Positions 36,255 to 46,720 of a stretch of DNA of 64,000 nt are shown here, one piece after another (position 1 is the stretch's first letter; each line of letters begins with the position of its first letter). The stretch covers positions 1,916,936-1,980,935 of the forward strand of contig CBDCNM010000002.1 of the NCBI GenBank assembly GCA_965219385.1. Direction: 5' to 3'. A model generated the notes under the pieces. It searched no databases. It was not told where the DNA came from and worked only from the letters and a program-made list of their open reading frames with translations. The DNA is from Candidatus Latescibacterota bacterium (GTDB taxonomy: Bacteria > Latescibacterota > UBA2968 > UBA8231). A program made the position numbers and the translations under genes.

Positions 36255-38588
36255 ATGCCCGTCCAGATCGCCGCGGAAGACCTGAAAGCCGCTCTTCCGG
36301 ACACCACGTCCACCCTGAGTTTGCCCGGACTGGAGCAGCTGGTCGAGATCTACCGCGACCCGTGGGGCATCCCCCACATCCGGGCGCAAAACGAGTGGGA
36401 CCTGTTCTTCGGGCAGGGTTTTGCAACCGCCCAGGACCGGCTCTGGCACATGGACTTCGATCGCCACCAGGCCCTGGGCCGGTGGGCCGAGTTCGCCGGA
36501 GCCGGCGGGGTGGAGAGGGATCGCCTGCTGCGCGCCGCGGGCATGGGCCGCACCGCCCGACTCGACTACCAGGCCTCCGGCCCCCAGGCAAAGGCCATGG
36601 TGGACGCGTACGCGGCCGGGGTGAACGCCTTCCTGGACACCACCCGATCCCTGCCCATTGAATACACCATCCTCGAGCAGCAACCCGATCCCTGGGAGAA
36701 CTGGCACTGCCTGGCGGTCTACAAGATGCGCAATACCCTCCTGGGCACCTTTGAGCCCAAGCTCTTCAGGACCCGCCTGGTGCAGGTTCTCGGACCCGAG
36801 AAGACCGCGGCCCTGATGAGAGGCTATCCGGCCGGTCACCTCCTCACGGTGCCGCCGGGTGCGGTCTACGAGGGGCCCGGAATTGACGGCCTCGAGGAAT
36901 TGAGCCGGGCCGCCCGCCAGGCCAATTGGCTCGACGAGGTCGACGCCGGGTCCAATGCTTGGTCGATCTGTGGCGCTCTCACCGAATCGGGCTTGCCCCT
37001 GGTGGCCGGGGATTCGCACCGCGCCCTGGATACCCCGAGCGTGTACTACCAGGTCCACTTGTCCTGCCCTGAATTCGAGGTCATCGGCCACTCCGTGCCG
37101 GGCATGCCGGGCGCTCTTCACTTCTGCCACAACCAGCAGGTGGCCTGGGGCATGACCTACGGCATGGCGGATACCCAGGATCTCTTCATCGAACGCTTTC
37201 GCGCTGGGGCCGGAGGCCGCGAGTACCAGTTCGGGGGAGAATGGCGACCGGCCCAGGTCCTGGACGAAACCATCCGGGTGCGCGGCGCCGACCCGGTGGC
37301 GATGGAGGTCACCATCACCCACCACGGCCCGGTGATCGCCGGCGACCCGTCCTCGGGGTTCGGGGTGGCCATTTGCGACCCGGGTCTCATTGAAGCTACC
37401 CCGTGGCTCGACGCGGCCCGGGATGCCATGCGAGCCCACTCGGTGGACGAACTGCACCAGGCCTTCGCCAAGTGGAACGACCGGGTCAACAACTACGCGG
37501 TCGCGGACGTGCACGGCAATTTCGGGTATTTGCACGAGGGTCGCATCCCGATCCGCGGGGCCGCCAATGGCTGGCGGGTGGTGCCGGGCTGGACCGGCCA
37601 GTACGAGTGGCAGGGGTATATTCCCCCCGACGAGTTGCCCCGGTCCCTCAACCCGGAGGCCGGGTACGCGGTGACCTGCAACCAGCGGGTGGTCGCGGCC
37701 GATTACCCCTACTACGTGGGCCTCTACTTCAGTCCGGATTACCGCGCCCGGCGGATTCAAAAGCGCATCCTCGAACTCGAACCCGGCACGGCCACGGTGG
37801 ACGACATGGGGCGGATCCACGCCGAGCGCATCTCGAATCCGGCGGGTATTTTCACCCGGGCCCTGCTGGATGTTCCGGCCGCAAACCAGACTTGTGCCCG
37901 GGCGCAGGCCCTGTTGCGGGAGTGGGACTACAGCATGGACCGCGAGCGGGTGGAGCCCTCGATCTACGCCGGGACCAAGGCGCGGGCTACTCGCTTTCTG
38001 GTCGAGCACCTGCTGGGCGAACTGGCTCCTGAGGTCCTGGCCGGCGCGGCGGGCAGCGATACCTACGTCCGTCTGATCGAGTGGGAAATGATCGAGGGCA
38101 TTGACCGCGGCGACACCGCTCTGCTGCCGCCTGGCAAGGCCTGGGAAGAGGTGCTGGCCTGGGCGCTGGAAAAAGGGGTCGCCGATCTGGAGGAGGGCCT
38201 GGGCGAGGACATGGAGCAGTGGAAATGGGGCCGGATCCATCGCACCCGGCCCCAGCATCCGCTCTCCGAGGTCTTCCCCGAGCTGGCCGGGCTGCTGGAC
38301 CCGCCCTCCCTGCCGGTCCACGGGGATGGCGACACCCCCCTGGCCGGGAGCTACGGGATGGCCCGCCCGTTCACGGTCACGGGCCTTTCGGTCAACCGCT
38401 ACATCCACGATCCGGCGGACTGGACCCGGTCGCGCTGGATCGTGCCTCTGGGGGCTTCGGGGCACCCCGCAAGTCCCCACTACGCCGACCAGGCCGAAAC
38501 CTGGGCCAGGGTCGAATACATTCCCCAACTATGGGATTGGGATCAGATCGCGATCCGGGCCGAGTCGCGGCAACGACTGGGGCCCTAG
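36255..38588 (+). CDS. Penicillin acylase family (S45) Ntn-hydrolase
   Basis: RDPWGIPHI, GFATAQDRLWHMD, GSNAW nucleophile site, GASGHPASPHYADQ. Confidence 0.92.
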   Translation: MPVQIAAEDLKAALPDTTSTLSLPGLEQLVEIYRDPWGIPHIRAQNEWDLFFGQGFATAQDRLWHMDFDRHQALGRWAEFAGAGGVERDRLLRAAGMGRTARLDYQASGPQAKAMVDAYAAGVNAFLDTTRSLPIEYTILEQQPDPWENWHCLAVYKMRNTLLGTFEPKLFRTRLVQVLGPEKTAALMRGYPAGHLLTVPPGAVYEGPGIDGLEELSRAARQANWLDEVDAGSNAWSICGALTESGLPLVAGDSHRALDTPSVYYQVHLSCPEFEVIGHSVPGMPGALHFCHNQQVAWGMTYGMADTQDLFIERFRAGAGGREYQFGGEWRPAQVLDETIRVRGADPVAMEVTITHHGPVIAGDPSSGFGVAICDPGLIEATPWLDAARDAMRAHSVDELHQAFAKWNDRVNNYAVADVHGNFGYLHEGRIPIRGAANGWRVVPGWTGQYEWQGYIPPDELPRSLNPEAGYAVTCNQRVVAADYPYYVGLYFSPDYRARRIQKRILELEPGTATVDDMGRIHAERISNPAGIFTRALLDVPAANQTCARAQALLREWDYSMDRERVEPSIYAGTKARATRFLVEHLLGELAPEVLAGAAGSDTYVRLIEWEMIEGIDRGDTALLPPGKAWEEVLAWALEKGVADLEEGLGEDMEQWKWGRIHRTRPQHPLSEVFPELAGLLDPPSLPVHGDGDTPLAGSYGMARPFTVTGLSVNRYIHDPADWTRSRWIVPLGASGHPASPHYADQAETWARVEYIPQLWDWDQIAIRAESRQRLGP

Positions 38589-38670
38589 GAGCGATTACCT
38601 CCGGCGGGCACAATCGGCTCGGGAGAATTTTTGCATGAACGAGCGAGACGATAACCGCTGACGGTAGTCG

Positions 38671-39468
38671 TCAAACCTGCTTGCTCGGGTGGGACAGGGC
38701 CGGACCAAGGGCATCGTGCCGCTCCTCCAGGTCGTCGCCGAGGGGTCTGGCCCTGTAGCGGTGCTCGATGGTGCGTTCGAGCACCGGGTCGTGCAGGCGG
38801 ACGAGAAACTCATCGCCGACCCCCTTGGCAGCGCTCTCGGGCAGGTCGTTCTGTTCGACGGTGGCGCTGGCGGATTCCAGGAAGGACACGGACCCGCAGT
38901 ACAGGATCATGGGATCGGCCAGTTGCTGGACCTGCTTCATTTCCAGCAGGTATTCGAGGTCGACCAGTTCGGATAAGGGGCTGTCCTGGAGCGGTATGGT
39001 GTAGGTGTCGACCACCACGTGGCTGTAGAGCCGCAGGCTGTCCCAGTGCTCGCGGACCTCGCCGTAGGGCCAGGCGACCGTGGCAATCGGGTGCGGGCAC
39101 ATCTGCTTGGGTTTGTCCGGGAACAGTGGATCGAGTTCTCGGTCGCACTGGTCGCTGCCCGCGGTGATGAAAACCTGGCCGTCCATGCGAATGGCCACCA
39201 CCTCGCCTTCGCCGCCGGTCAGCGGACCCTGCACCTCGAATTCCGGACTTTGCGTCAGCAGGTAGCGGCCGATGTGGAAAATGGAGGGGTTGGTTTGCGT
39301 CGCCATGGTAAAGTGCCTGTCCTTCTCCAGGATGTCATCCAGTGCCTTGCGCGTAGCCTCGATGTCGCGAGAAGCGTAGCGGGTGCCGGAGACCGAACCA
39401 AGGGGGAAGAACAGCCGTTCGCTGCGCTCCTGGCTTTGAATGGTCATTTCGATCGGATCGATTCGCAT
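38671..39468 (-). CDS. DUF2848-like protein (FAH-fold related)
   Basis: T.GEGE, AGSDQCDREL...KPKQMCPHPIA...W...EVREHWDSL. Confidence 0.7.
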   Translation of the reverse strand: MRIDPIEMTIQSQERSERLFFPLGSVSGTRYASRDIEATRKALDDILEKDRHFTMATQTNPSIFHIGRYLLTQSPEFEVQGPLTGGEGEVVAIRMDGQVFITAGSDQCDRELDPLFPDKPKQMCPHPIATVAWPYGEVREHWDSLRLYSHVVVDTYTIPLQDSPLSELVDLEYLLEMKQVQQLADPMILYCGSVSFLESASATVEQNDLPESAAKGVGDEFLVRLHDPVLERTIEHRYRARPLGDDLEERHDALGPALSHPSKQV

Positions 39469-39594
39469 GGCTTTATCTCCATCGGGTAGTACGGGTGGAT
39501 TCGAACGCCCAAAAGATACAGCCGCGGGCGTTCCCGCACAACTTTTGATTCACCTCCCGAAGCTTTACTGATGACAAGGAAGATTGCAATGCAG

Positions 39595-39738
39595 ATGTAC
39601 CAGTTGCCCAGCGTGGTGGTCACCCCGCACATAGCCGGGTGCACGGACGGCACCTCGCGCCAGCGCGCCGCCGGCGCCGCCGAGAACATCGACCGGATTG
39701 CCCAGGGGGTGGAGCCGCTTTACCGGATCGACCTTTGA
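39595..39738 (+). pseudogene. 3' remnant of a D-2-hydroxyacid dehydrogenase
   Basis: YQLPSVVVTPHIAGCTDGTSRQRAAGAAENIDRIAQGVEPLYRIDL*. Confidence 0.65.
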
Positions 39739-39741
39739 GCG

Positions 39742-40641
39742 CTAGTCGAACACTTCTTCTATCTTGGCGCGCACCTCGTCCAGCAGTTCCGGGGGCGGGG
39801 CCGGCTGGGGCGGGGCCGGACGGTTGTTGGGGTAGAAGCCCAGCGCCTGAATGCTCGACTTCATCACGCTGAGCCACTCGCGTTCGATGGCCCATTTGAG
39901 AAAGGGCTCTTCGTAGCGCAGGACCATGTCCCAGGCCTGCTCGGTCTGTCCGGAGGTCAGCACTTCGCAGAAGCGCAGGGCGATGTCCGGCCGGAAGGGA
40001 GCGATGGGGCACAGGTAGGCGGGCGAACCGAGCGGGTAGCCGAACATGAAGTTGCGCATCTGCCCGCCGCTGACCACGCCAAAGTTGTTTTCTCGGGTGC
40101 CGCGAATCACGTCGTAATAATAGCCGAAGGGATCGGCGTCGTTCTTCATGCCGACGATGTAGGGACGCTGGGACAGTTCGATCACTACTTCCACGGGCAT
40201 GGGCGGCTGGATCACCCACAGCAAGAGAGGGATATCGCTGGCCCCTTCGATGCGGTCGTAATAACCCGCCATTGTTTCTCGGGTCTGGGGCACCCAGGGA
40301 TTGATCTGCACCTTGACCGCATCGGCGCCCGCCCGGTCGGCGTGCTCGAGGAAGTCCCGGGTCATCGCCGGTTTCCACAAGCCGGTGGAAGCGATGAAGA
40401 GGGAGCGGCCCTGGTTGACGCGGCCGACCAGGGTGGTGAGCTGGTAGATTTCCTCTTCGGACAGGAAGGCAAATTCGCTGCTGCCGGCGGTGAGCAAGAT
40501 AATCACGGGCCCCTGCTCGCAGAGCCAGTTGACGTAGTTCTCCACGGCGTCGTAGTCGACCGTGCCGTCCTCGTTGAAACAGATGTTGAGGGGGACCACC
40601 GGTCCTTTCATGCGTTCCAGTACCTGGGCGGATCTGTCCAT
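39742..40641 (-). CDS. Dihydrodipicolinate synthase/N-acetylneuraminate lyase family protein
   Basis: FNEDGTVDY, AGSSEF..LS.EE, IVGMKND (Schiff-base lysine). Confidence 0.85.
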   Translation of the reverse strand: MDRSAQVLERMKGPVVPLNICFNEDGTVDYDAVENYVNWLCEQGPVIILLTAGSSEFAFLSEEEIYQLTTLVGRVNQGRSLFIASTGLWKPAMTRDFLEHADRAGADAVKVQINPWVPQTRETMAGYYDRIEGASDIPLLLWVIQPPMPVEVVIELSQRPYIVGMKNDADPFGYYYDVIRGTRENNFGVVSGGQMRNFMFGYPLGSPAYLCPIAPFRPDIALRFCEVLTSGQTEQAWDMVLRYEEPFLKWAIEREWLSVMKSSIQALGFYPNNRPAPPQPAPPPELLDEVRAKIEEVFD

Positions 40642-40800
40642 GGTCTATGGTCTCCGAAGGAAGAGGGTTTGAAGCTTGATGTCGTGCAGGTTCGAGCCCA
40701 CAATAAGCTGGTTTTTCCCTTCCTTGCCAAGTCGAGATCCCCCCATCAAAGAGTCTCAAGGCTTTGTTCCACTCCGGAGATACAGCGGCAAAGAGCCTCA

Positions 40801-42195
40801 TCAGCGGGCGTTTTGGCGCTGCCGTTTCAGTTCCTGTGATACGCGGTAGGGTTCCAGGCTCGGGTCGGTGTCGAGGATAGAGCGCAGGGCTTGAGGGGAT
40901 CGGCGCCGGGCCGGAAAGTCCCCGGCGTTGGCCAGGCGCAGGGCCAGCCGCGCCGCAATGGTGCTGCCTTTGCGCAGATTTTCCAGCTTTACCTTGTCCA
41001 GGGTATCGTAGGCCGTATGGCCGAATCCCCTGCCCTTTGGCGCTGCTTCCGGGTCGCTCATGTGGCCGCTCGGCACCCCTTGCAGGAAGAAGGGGAAGTG
41101 GTCGGAGTGCGGGTGCACCTTTTGCCCCACGGGCATGTCGGCCACCATTTCTCGGGCCGCCCCGCGGAAGAACGGCTCCAGCTCGGGCCAGCCATGTAGC
41201 GCCACGCCCTTGCGGCTGGCGCCGCCGGCCGAGTCGAGGTTGTACATGAAGCGCATCCGGTCGAGTTCGTCGGCGTGGACCTCGACGTAGCGATGCGAGC
41301 CCACTAGCCCGAACTCTTCGGCGCCGAAGCCGATGAAGCGGACGGTGCGTTCGAGCCGGTCGCCTGCGTACAGGGCCAGCACGCGGGCCGCCTCCAGCAC
41401 CAGGACCATGCCCGCGGCCGGATCGGAGGCCCCCTGAGAGATGTCGTGGCCGTCGTAGTGGCAGCCGAGGATCACCACCTCGTCGGGGTTTGTCCCGCCG
41501 CGCAAATCAGCCGCCACATTCCAGGATTCCCGCTCTCGATTGAGGTCGGTGGTGCGCAGGCGCAGCTTTAGCCGGCCCTTGCGCTGGCTCAGGCGCTGGA
41601 GAAACTCGCCATCTTCTCTGCTGACCGAAACCCCCGGAATGGGTCCGGGCCGGCCGTTTTGCAGGCTGCCGGTCTCGGGCCCCACCCCTGGATGCTCGCC
41701 GACAAAGATAAAGGCGGCGGCCCCGCCGAGGACGGCCCGTTCGTACTTTTCCTTGCGGTGTACCCAGCGTCCCAGGCCAGGGGGCGAGGCGCTGCCGGCC
41801 AGCACCAGGCAGCCCTGCATTTGGGGGCCCAGGGCCTGGTACTCGGCCGGGCTGCCGTACCCGGCAAAGACCAGTTCGCCGGCGACAGTGCCCGCCGGGC
41901 AGTAGGGCAGCGAGATGCAGTGGAGCGGCCTGTGGACCGGTTCGAGGATTTCCAGGATGGCCTCGCCCCGCGACCAGCCGGCGTACAGGTAGGATTCCAG
42001 GTGGGGGTCTTCGAGTCCGCAGCGCTCCAGGGTGGCGGCGATGAAATCCGCGGCCTGGCGTTCTCCCCGGGTGCCGGCAAAGCGGGATCCGAAATCGTCG
42101 CACAGGATCTCCAGGTTGTCCATGGTCTCGCGCGAGGTGAAGGTGTCGCCGACGATCTGGCGGTCGATGTCGAGGTAGGGGTTGGCGTGATTCAA
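40801..42195 (-). CDS. M28 family peptidase with PA domain
   Basis: GCHYD, GASD..AG, GAEEFGLVGS, NLDS, HSDHFPF, HTAYDTLDK. Confidence 0.9.
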   Translation of the reverse strand: MNHANPYLDIDRQIVGDTFTSRETMDNLEILCDDFGSRFAGTRGERQAADFIAATLERCGLEDPHLESYLYAGWSRGEAILEILEPVHRPLHCISLPYCPAGTVAGELVFAGYGSPAEYQALGPQMQGCLVLAGSASPPGLGRWVHRKEKYERAVLGGAAAFIFVGEHPGVGPETGSLQNGRPGPIPGVSVSREDGEFLQRLSQRKGRLKLRLRTTDLNRERESWNVAADLRGGTNPDEVVILGCHYDGHDISQGASDPAAGMVLVLEAARVLALYAGDRLERTVRFIGFGAEEFGLVGSHRYVEVHADELDRMRFMYNLDSAGGASRKGVALHGWPELEPFFRGAAREMVADMPVGQKVHPHSDHFPFFLQGVPSGHMSDPEAAPKGRGFGHTAYDTLDKVKLENLRKGSTIAARLALRLANAGDFPARRRSPQALRSILDTDPSLEPYRVSQELKRQRQNAR

Positions 42196-42301
42196 TGGAG
42201 TCTCCTAGGTTGCGTTGAATTCACTTTTTATGGAGTGGAAAAGCAAAACTTTAGCGATGACGGAGGTGGATAAGGCCTTGCGGCATACGCTGGGGGGTAA
42301 A

Positions 42302-43105
42302 TTACGAGCCCACCGCCGCATAGCGTTTGACGCCGCGGCCCCAGACCAGCCCCAGCAACCCCCATCCCAGCAGTAGCCATACACCCTGGGCCACAAACCC
42401 GGCCAAGGCTTGGTCCGGCGTGAGTCGTCCCAGGAACAGTTCCACGGGAAAGGACACCATCCAGCGGAAGGGCAGGACCGCGGCCAGGGTCTGGACCCAT
42501 GCGGGCATGAGCTCGAGGGGGGCCATGCGGCCGCACAGAAACAACAGGGCCGTGAAGTACATCTGGTTGAAGGCGTTGACCCGCGTGGTCCAGAACGCGG
42601 CCAGGGCCAGGCTCCATTCTATAAAGAAGCGCATGAGAAAGGACAGGAGCGTGGCCAGGACAAACCCCAGCATGGACCAGGGTACGATCCGCAGTCTGGG
42701 TTCGTAGATCGCGGCCATTAGCACGGCCGTGGGCAGCATCACCGCTGTGGTCAGGAATTTGTAGGAGATGTTGCGGACGATGTCCAGGTGAATGGGGTGC
42801 AGGGGTTGCAGAAGCAGGGGCGAAAACTCTCCGGTCCGCACCCGGAACTCCATCTCGAACATGTTCCAGGTAAAGGTGAAGTGTTCCACCATCATGATGA
42901 CGATGTAGTAGGCGGCAAAGTCGGCCACGGTGAAGCTGCCTATCTGCCCGCCCTGGGCCCGGGCCACGATGGCCCACACCGCCAGGTAGACCACCGGCTG
43001 CACCACCCGGCCGGTCAGCCAGATCACCATGGCCGCCCGGTACTGGAACTGCTCGGCCAGGGCGGTCTTGCCCAGGGTCCAGTAGATGTCCGGAAGGCCC
43101 TTCAA
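42302..43105 (-). CDS. ABC-2 family transporter permease
   Basis: QYRAA, GEFSPLLLQP, G.MAPLELMPAW...LPFRWMVSFPVE. Confidence 0.85.
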   Translation of the reverse strand: MKGLPDIYWTLGKTALAEQFQYRAAMVIWLTGRVVQPVVYLAVWAIVARAQGGQIGSFTVADFAAYYIVIMMVEHFTFTWNMFEMEFRVRTGEFSPLLLQPLHPIHLDIVRNISYKFLTTAVMLPTAVLMAAIYEPRLRIVPWSMLGFVLATLLSFLMRFFIEWSLALAAFWTTRVNAFNQMYFTALLFLCGRMAPLELMPAWVQTLAAVLPFRWMVSFPVELFLGRLTPDQALAGFVAQGVWLLLGWGLLGLVWGRGVKRYAAVGS

Positions 43106-44085
43106 AGGCCCTCCTGCGCGAAGACCTGCTCGATCACCTCCTCGATCGGCGGCTCCTCCACGGTCAAATCCAGCACCGGCAAATCCGTCAGTAGCCGGCC
43201 CGTGACCCGGGCGGTATCGGCCTTGGGCACCCGCAGCTTGACGCGGGCCTCCTCGCTCTCCACCACCTGGCCGTACCCCTTTAAATCGACCTGCCCGTTG
43301 GCCAGCTCCACCACGATGGTCTTGTGCGGCGAAAACCGCTGCACCAAAGCTTCCAGATCCCCGTCGAACAGGAGTTGACCATGGTGGATCACCACTACCC
43401 GCTTGCACAGGGCCTCCACGTCGGCCATGTAGTGGCTGGTCAGCAGCACCGTGGCGTTGTAGCGGTGGTTGTACTCTGCCACAAAGCTGCGGATGCGGCG
43501 CTGCATGGTCACATCCAGGCCGATGGTGGGCTCGTCCAGGAACAAAATCCTCGGTCTGTGCAGCAGGGCCGCGGCCACCTCGCACTTCATGCGCTCGCCC
43601 AGGGACAGGTTGCGCACCGGCTTGGTGAGCAACGCGTCCAGGTCCAGGAGTTCCTTCAACTCATCCAGGGTCTCCCTGTACTCCCGCCCCCCGAGCCGGT
43701 AAATGGCCCGGTTGCGCTCGAACGAGTCCAGCACCGGGATATCCCAGACCAGCTGGTTGCGGTTGCCCATCACCAGGGTGATCTGGCGCAGGAATGCCTT
43801 TTCGCGCGCAAAGGGCACGTGCCCCAGGACCCGCACCTGGCCACCCGAGGGGTGCAGCAGGCCGGAGAGCACCTTGAGGGTGGTGGTCTTGCCGGCTCCA
43901 TTCGGGCCCAGGAAGCCCACCACCTCGCCGGGCTCAACGGCAAAGCTGATCCTTTTGACCGCCTCCACCTCGGTGGTCTTGCGGTGCACCAGGCTCTTGG
44001 CCGCCTCCCACACCCCGCCCTCGCGCACGGGCACCACGTAGGTCTTGTACAGTTCGTGGATGTGGATGGCCGGGTTGGGGGTCAT
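43102..44085 (-). CDS. ABC-2 ATP-binding protein
   Basis: GPNGAGKTT, LSLGERMK, LDEPTIGLD. Confidence 0.92.
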   Translation of the reverse strand: MTPNPAIHIHELYKTYVVPVREGGVWEAAKSLVHRKTTEVEAVKRISFAVEPGEVVGFLGPNGAGKTTTLKVLSGLLHPSGGQVRVLGHVPFAREKAFLRQITLVMGNRNQLVWDIPVLDSFERNRAIYRLGGREYRETLDELKELLDLDALLTKPVRNLSLGERMKCEVAAALLHRPRILFLDEPTIGLDVTMQRRIRSFVAEYNHRYNATVLLTSHYMADVEALCKRVVVIHHGQLLFDGDLEALVQRFSPHKTIVVELANGQVDLKGYGQVVESEEARVKLRVPKADTARVTGRLLTDLPVLDLTVEEPPIEEVIEQVFAQEGL

Positions 44086-44329
44086 GGCGGGCTCATTTTT
44101 CTTGCGATGTGGAGATGCGCCGGTTCCGGTAACGAGCCTTCAATTTAAGATAATTGGGCGGCTGGGCAAAGGAAGCTTGAATACCGGGTCTAATCGAGGG
44201 GCATGCGAAATATGGGATGGTCCTTATCAGGGTCAAAGATGAGCAGTACACTCGGGTCTGATACCCCGCGGCTGGTCGCGCCTACTGGCTGCTAATCCGG
44301 TGCTGTTTCCACACCCACGACGAGGCAGG

Positions 44330-44530
44330 ACTACAGCAAATCTTTCGATGGCTAGTCGCCCCCGCGGCTGGGATTGGTGCCGGGGCCGGCGTGGAGCATG
44401 AAGCGGAGCGAGGAAGGGACGCACCGCTTCGGGGCCCCTGGCCAGATCCTCGGGATCCCACTCCTCCACCGGCTGGATGGGCGAGGCCCTGGCCGGGGCT
44501 GGCGGGGGAGGCACGAGCGAAGTATTTCCA
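44330..44530 (-). mobile_element. Possible third IS91/ISCR-like 3' remnant
   Basis: PPPPAPARASP tail followed by GCGGTGCGTCCC, similar to the motif at 24471 and 22333. Confidence 0.35.
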
Positions 44531-44569
44531 CCACATGCTAACTCCGGCTCGGCGACCGGCCGTGCGTTA

Positions 44570-46720
44570 CTATTTCGACGATCCTGTCGGCGCTTCAGAG
44601 CTACGTGCCCCTTGCTCTTCCTCCAGGCGGTGCTTTACCGCGCCCCCATCAGACCGCCCATCCCAGCTAACCGAGTAGATACCCGGCACGGCGACTTCCT
44701 CCGAGGCTAGGTGCCGGACGAGTTGACCGGTGATGGAATAGACCTCGACGCCGACCTTCCCGAGTTCGTCAACTCGATAGCGCAGGCTCACCGACGAATT
44801 GAACGGATTGGGGTAGACCCCTTCGACCGCCTGTGCGGCGGCAGCCACTCCAGCCATCGGCTTCGACGAACTGCAATCGGGATCCGCCGCGAGCAGGCTG
44901 GAGGGCATCCCATGATTCTCACTAAAGGCATCCCAGATTTCGCCCGCGTGGGGGCTCGTATCGCCCCAACCGTAGCCACACCCTAGCCAGGCCCAGTACC
45001 CATTCCCGTAGAGGTCGTCGTCGGCGAGCAGCACATTGTCGAAGAATTCCTCAAAGGTATCGGCTCGGGGAGAGTCCATCTCGAGCGCTGCGAAGACGAT
45101 TGCATTGGCCATGGTAGCTCCCAAGTCAATCCGGAGATGCCAGGCGGCTCCTCCCGGTATCAGACCGTTCGTATGCTCTGAGTTGCTTGTGGAGTAGTCA
45201 TCTGGGTACCTCTTGTCGTTGAGCAGATTACGGCTACCACTCGTTAGTCTGTGATGCTGGTCGCCAATTAGCGTCTGGGCGAAGTAGTCAGCCATTCCTT
45301 CCTCAAGTGCTGCTGCCTGTCCGGACGAGCCGATGAAACTACCGTGTAACTTGTAGCTGACTGAGTGGGTGTACTCGTGATATATGATATCGGCCTGACG
45401 CTCGGAATCCAGCGTATTGCTGAATTCTATTCTCGGTGTGGAACCCGAGATTGTCCACGCACTAGCGCCGGGGGTGTTTTCGTTGGCCCCTAGCTCTACC
45501 TTGTGGGTCACGTTGTACAGGTGGCTCTCGTACCAGCGCGCCATCTTGTTCGTGTGAAAGAAGATATTCAGTTGATCGGCGTATTGGAGGTCATCCGGCC
45601 AGGTCCAGTTGTAGGTGCCAGTATAGGGTAGCGCGAAGGTCGGACTGTAGTGATCGAGGTCGGGGTTGTCCTCGTCGCTCACACTCGAGACGTATTGCCC
45701 CTCGAGCTCTGCGCCTACCTTATGGTTGGCCGTGGCCGAGGTCCAACTCAGGAGGTAGTTGCCATTGGCGTCGGTCTCGTCTGTGGCCAGTGCCCTACCA
45801 TAGTCCAGACGAACCGCCTTGACCTTGAGATCCGCAAAAGTCGAGACAACTCGCGTGTCATGGTCGTTGCGAGGATACACGGAGCCGTCGACCGTCCCGT
45901 TTCGGGAGTAGCTGGCGTGCGCCACGAGGCTCTCCGTGGCGAGCGTTGTTCCGCTGAAAGCGTCTACGACGACCTCGCGCGAATCAGCGCCGTTATCCAC
46001 GGACGCAACCCACCCCATCCTGTAAGTGACCTCGGCGTCGCTCGCCTGGGGATAGATCATCAGCCTCGGTTCGTCGACGATTACGGCGCTCTCGCTACCG
46101 CTTAGCAGGTCCTGCACCACCTGGCTTGAGGTTATGGTCGGGTTGACTTCGAGATCTGGATCGTCGTTCACCGTCACGGTGCCGCCTGCCGGACCCGGCT
46201 CCAGCAGATCCAGGTCTTGCTCTACTTGGCCCGGTTCTTCCGTTACGATCGCGTGGGTTTGGATCCTGGAAATGTCGTACACCTCCCCCCCTACCGAGAG
46301 AACCGTGTTGTTCCGCCCAATCGTCACCCCGTACCGGGCGCCATAGACCAGAAAGCCCCGGTGAACCTGCTCAAAGGACACGATCCACATCCCCAGCTTG
46401 GACTTCCTCGCTCTGGAAAGCGTCAGCTTCTCCTCGTCGACCCCACTGAACACCTCTAGCGCCCCCAGCACTCGGCGCGCGATCCGCTCCACATTTGCCG
46501 CCCCGATCTCCTCGCCGTCCGAAAAGTTGAGCGCATTGAGGTTGGGATAGACGCGCACGGCCTTGCCCGTAACTCGATTCTGAATGTATTGGTGCCTGCG
46601 GTTTTCGTCATCTACGAACACCCCCCGAATCTCAGTCCCGCTTGCCGAGGTGTCGTCCTCGGCGACAGCCTGAGTTTGGGTGCTACCTGTCGAGGTGCCG
46701 TCCTCTACTAATCCATTGGC
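44570..46720 (-). pseudogene. Secreted thermolysin/M4-M36-like metalloprotease with truncated FlgD-Ig/T9SS-like C-terminal domain
   Basis: FTP/PepSY-like prodomain, HEYTH, EEGMADYF, EHTNG, YPNPFN...WDGR. The frame continues upstream across the G7 run at ~46621-46627. The C-terminus diverges after WDGRSDGGAV. Confidence 0.75.

Noticed and set aside
34376..36313. 645-aa ORF as a single protein
   Set aside because: Homology starts only at ~35722, where there is an RBS. The extension crosses a repeat and an out-of-frame sulfatase remnant.
31402..38528. Long antisense ORFs (31402..33360 +, 34397..35704 +, 36201..38528 -) and similar ones elsewhere
   Set aside because: Shadow frames of GC-rich genes with no recognisable motifs.
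39485..39545. GGATTCGAAC (reverse complement GTTCGAATCC) suggesting a tRNA T-loop
   Set aside because: No acceptor, D or anticodon stems could be built around it; more likely a REP-like fragment.
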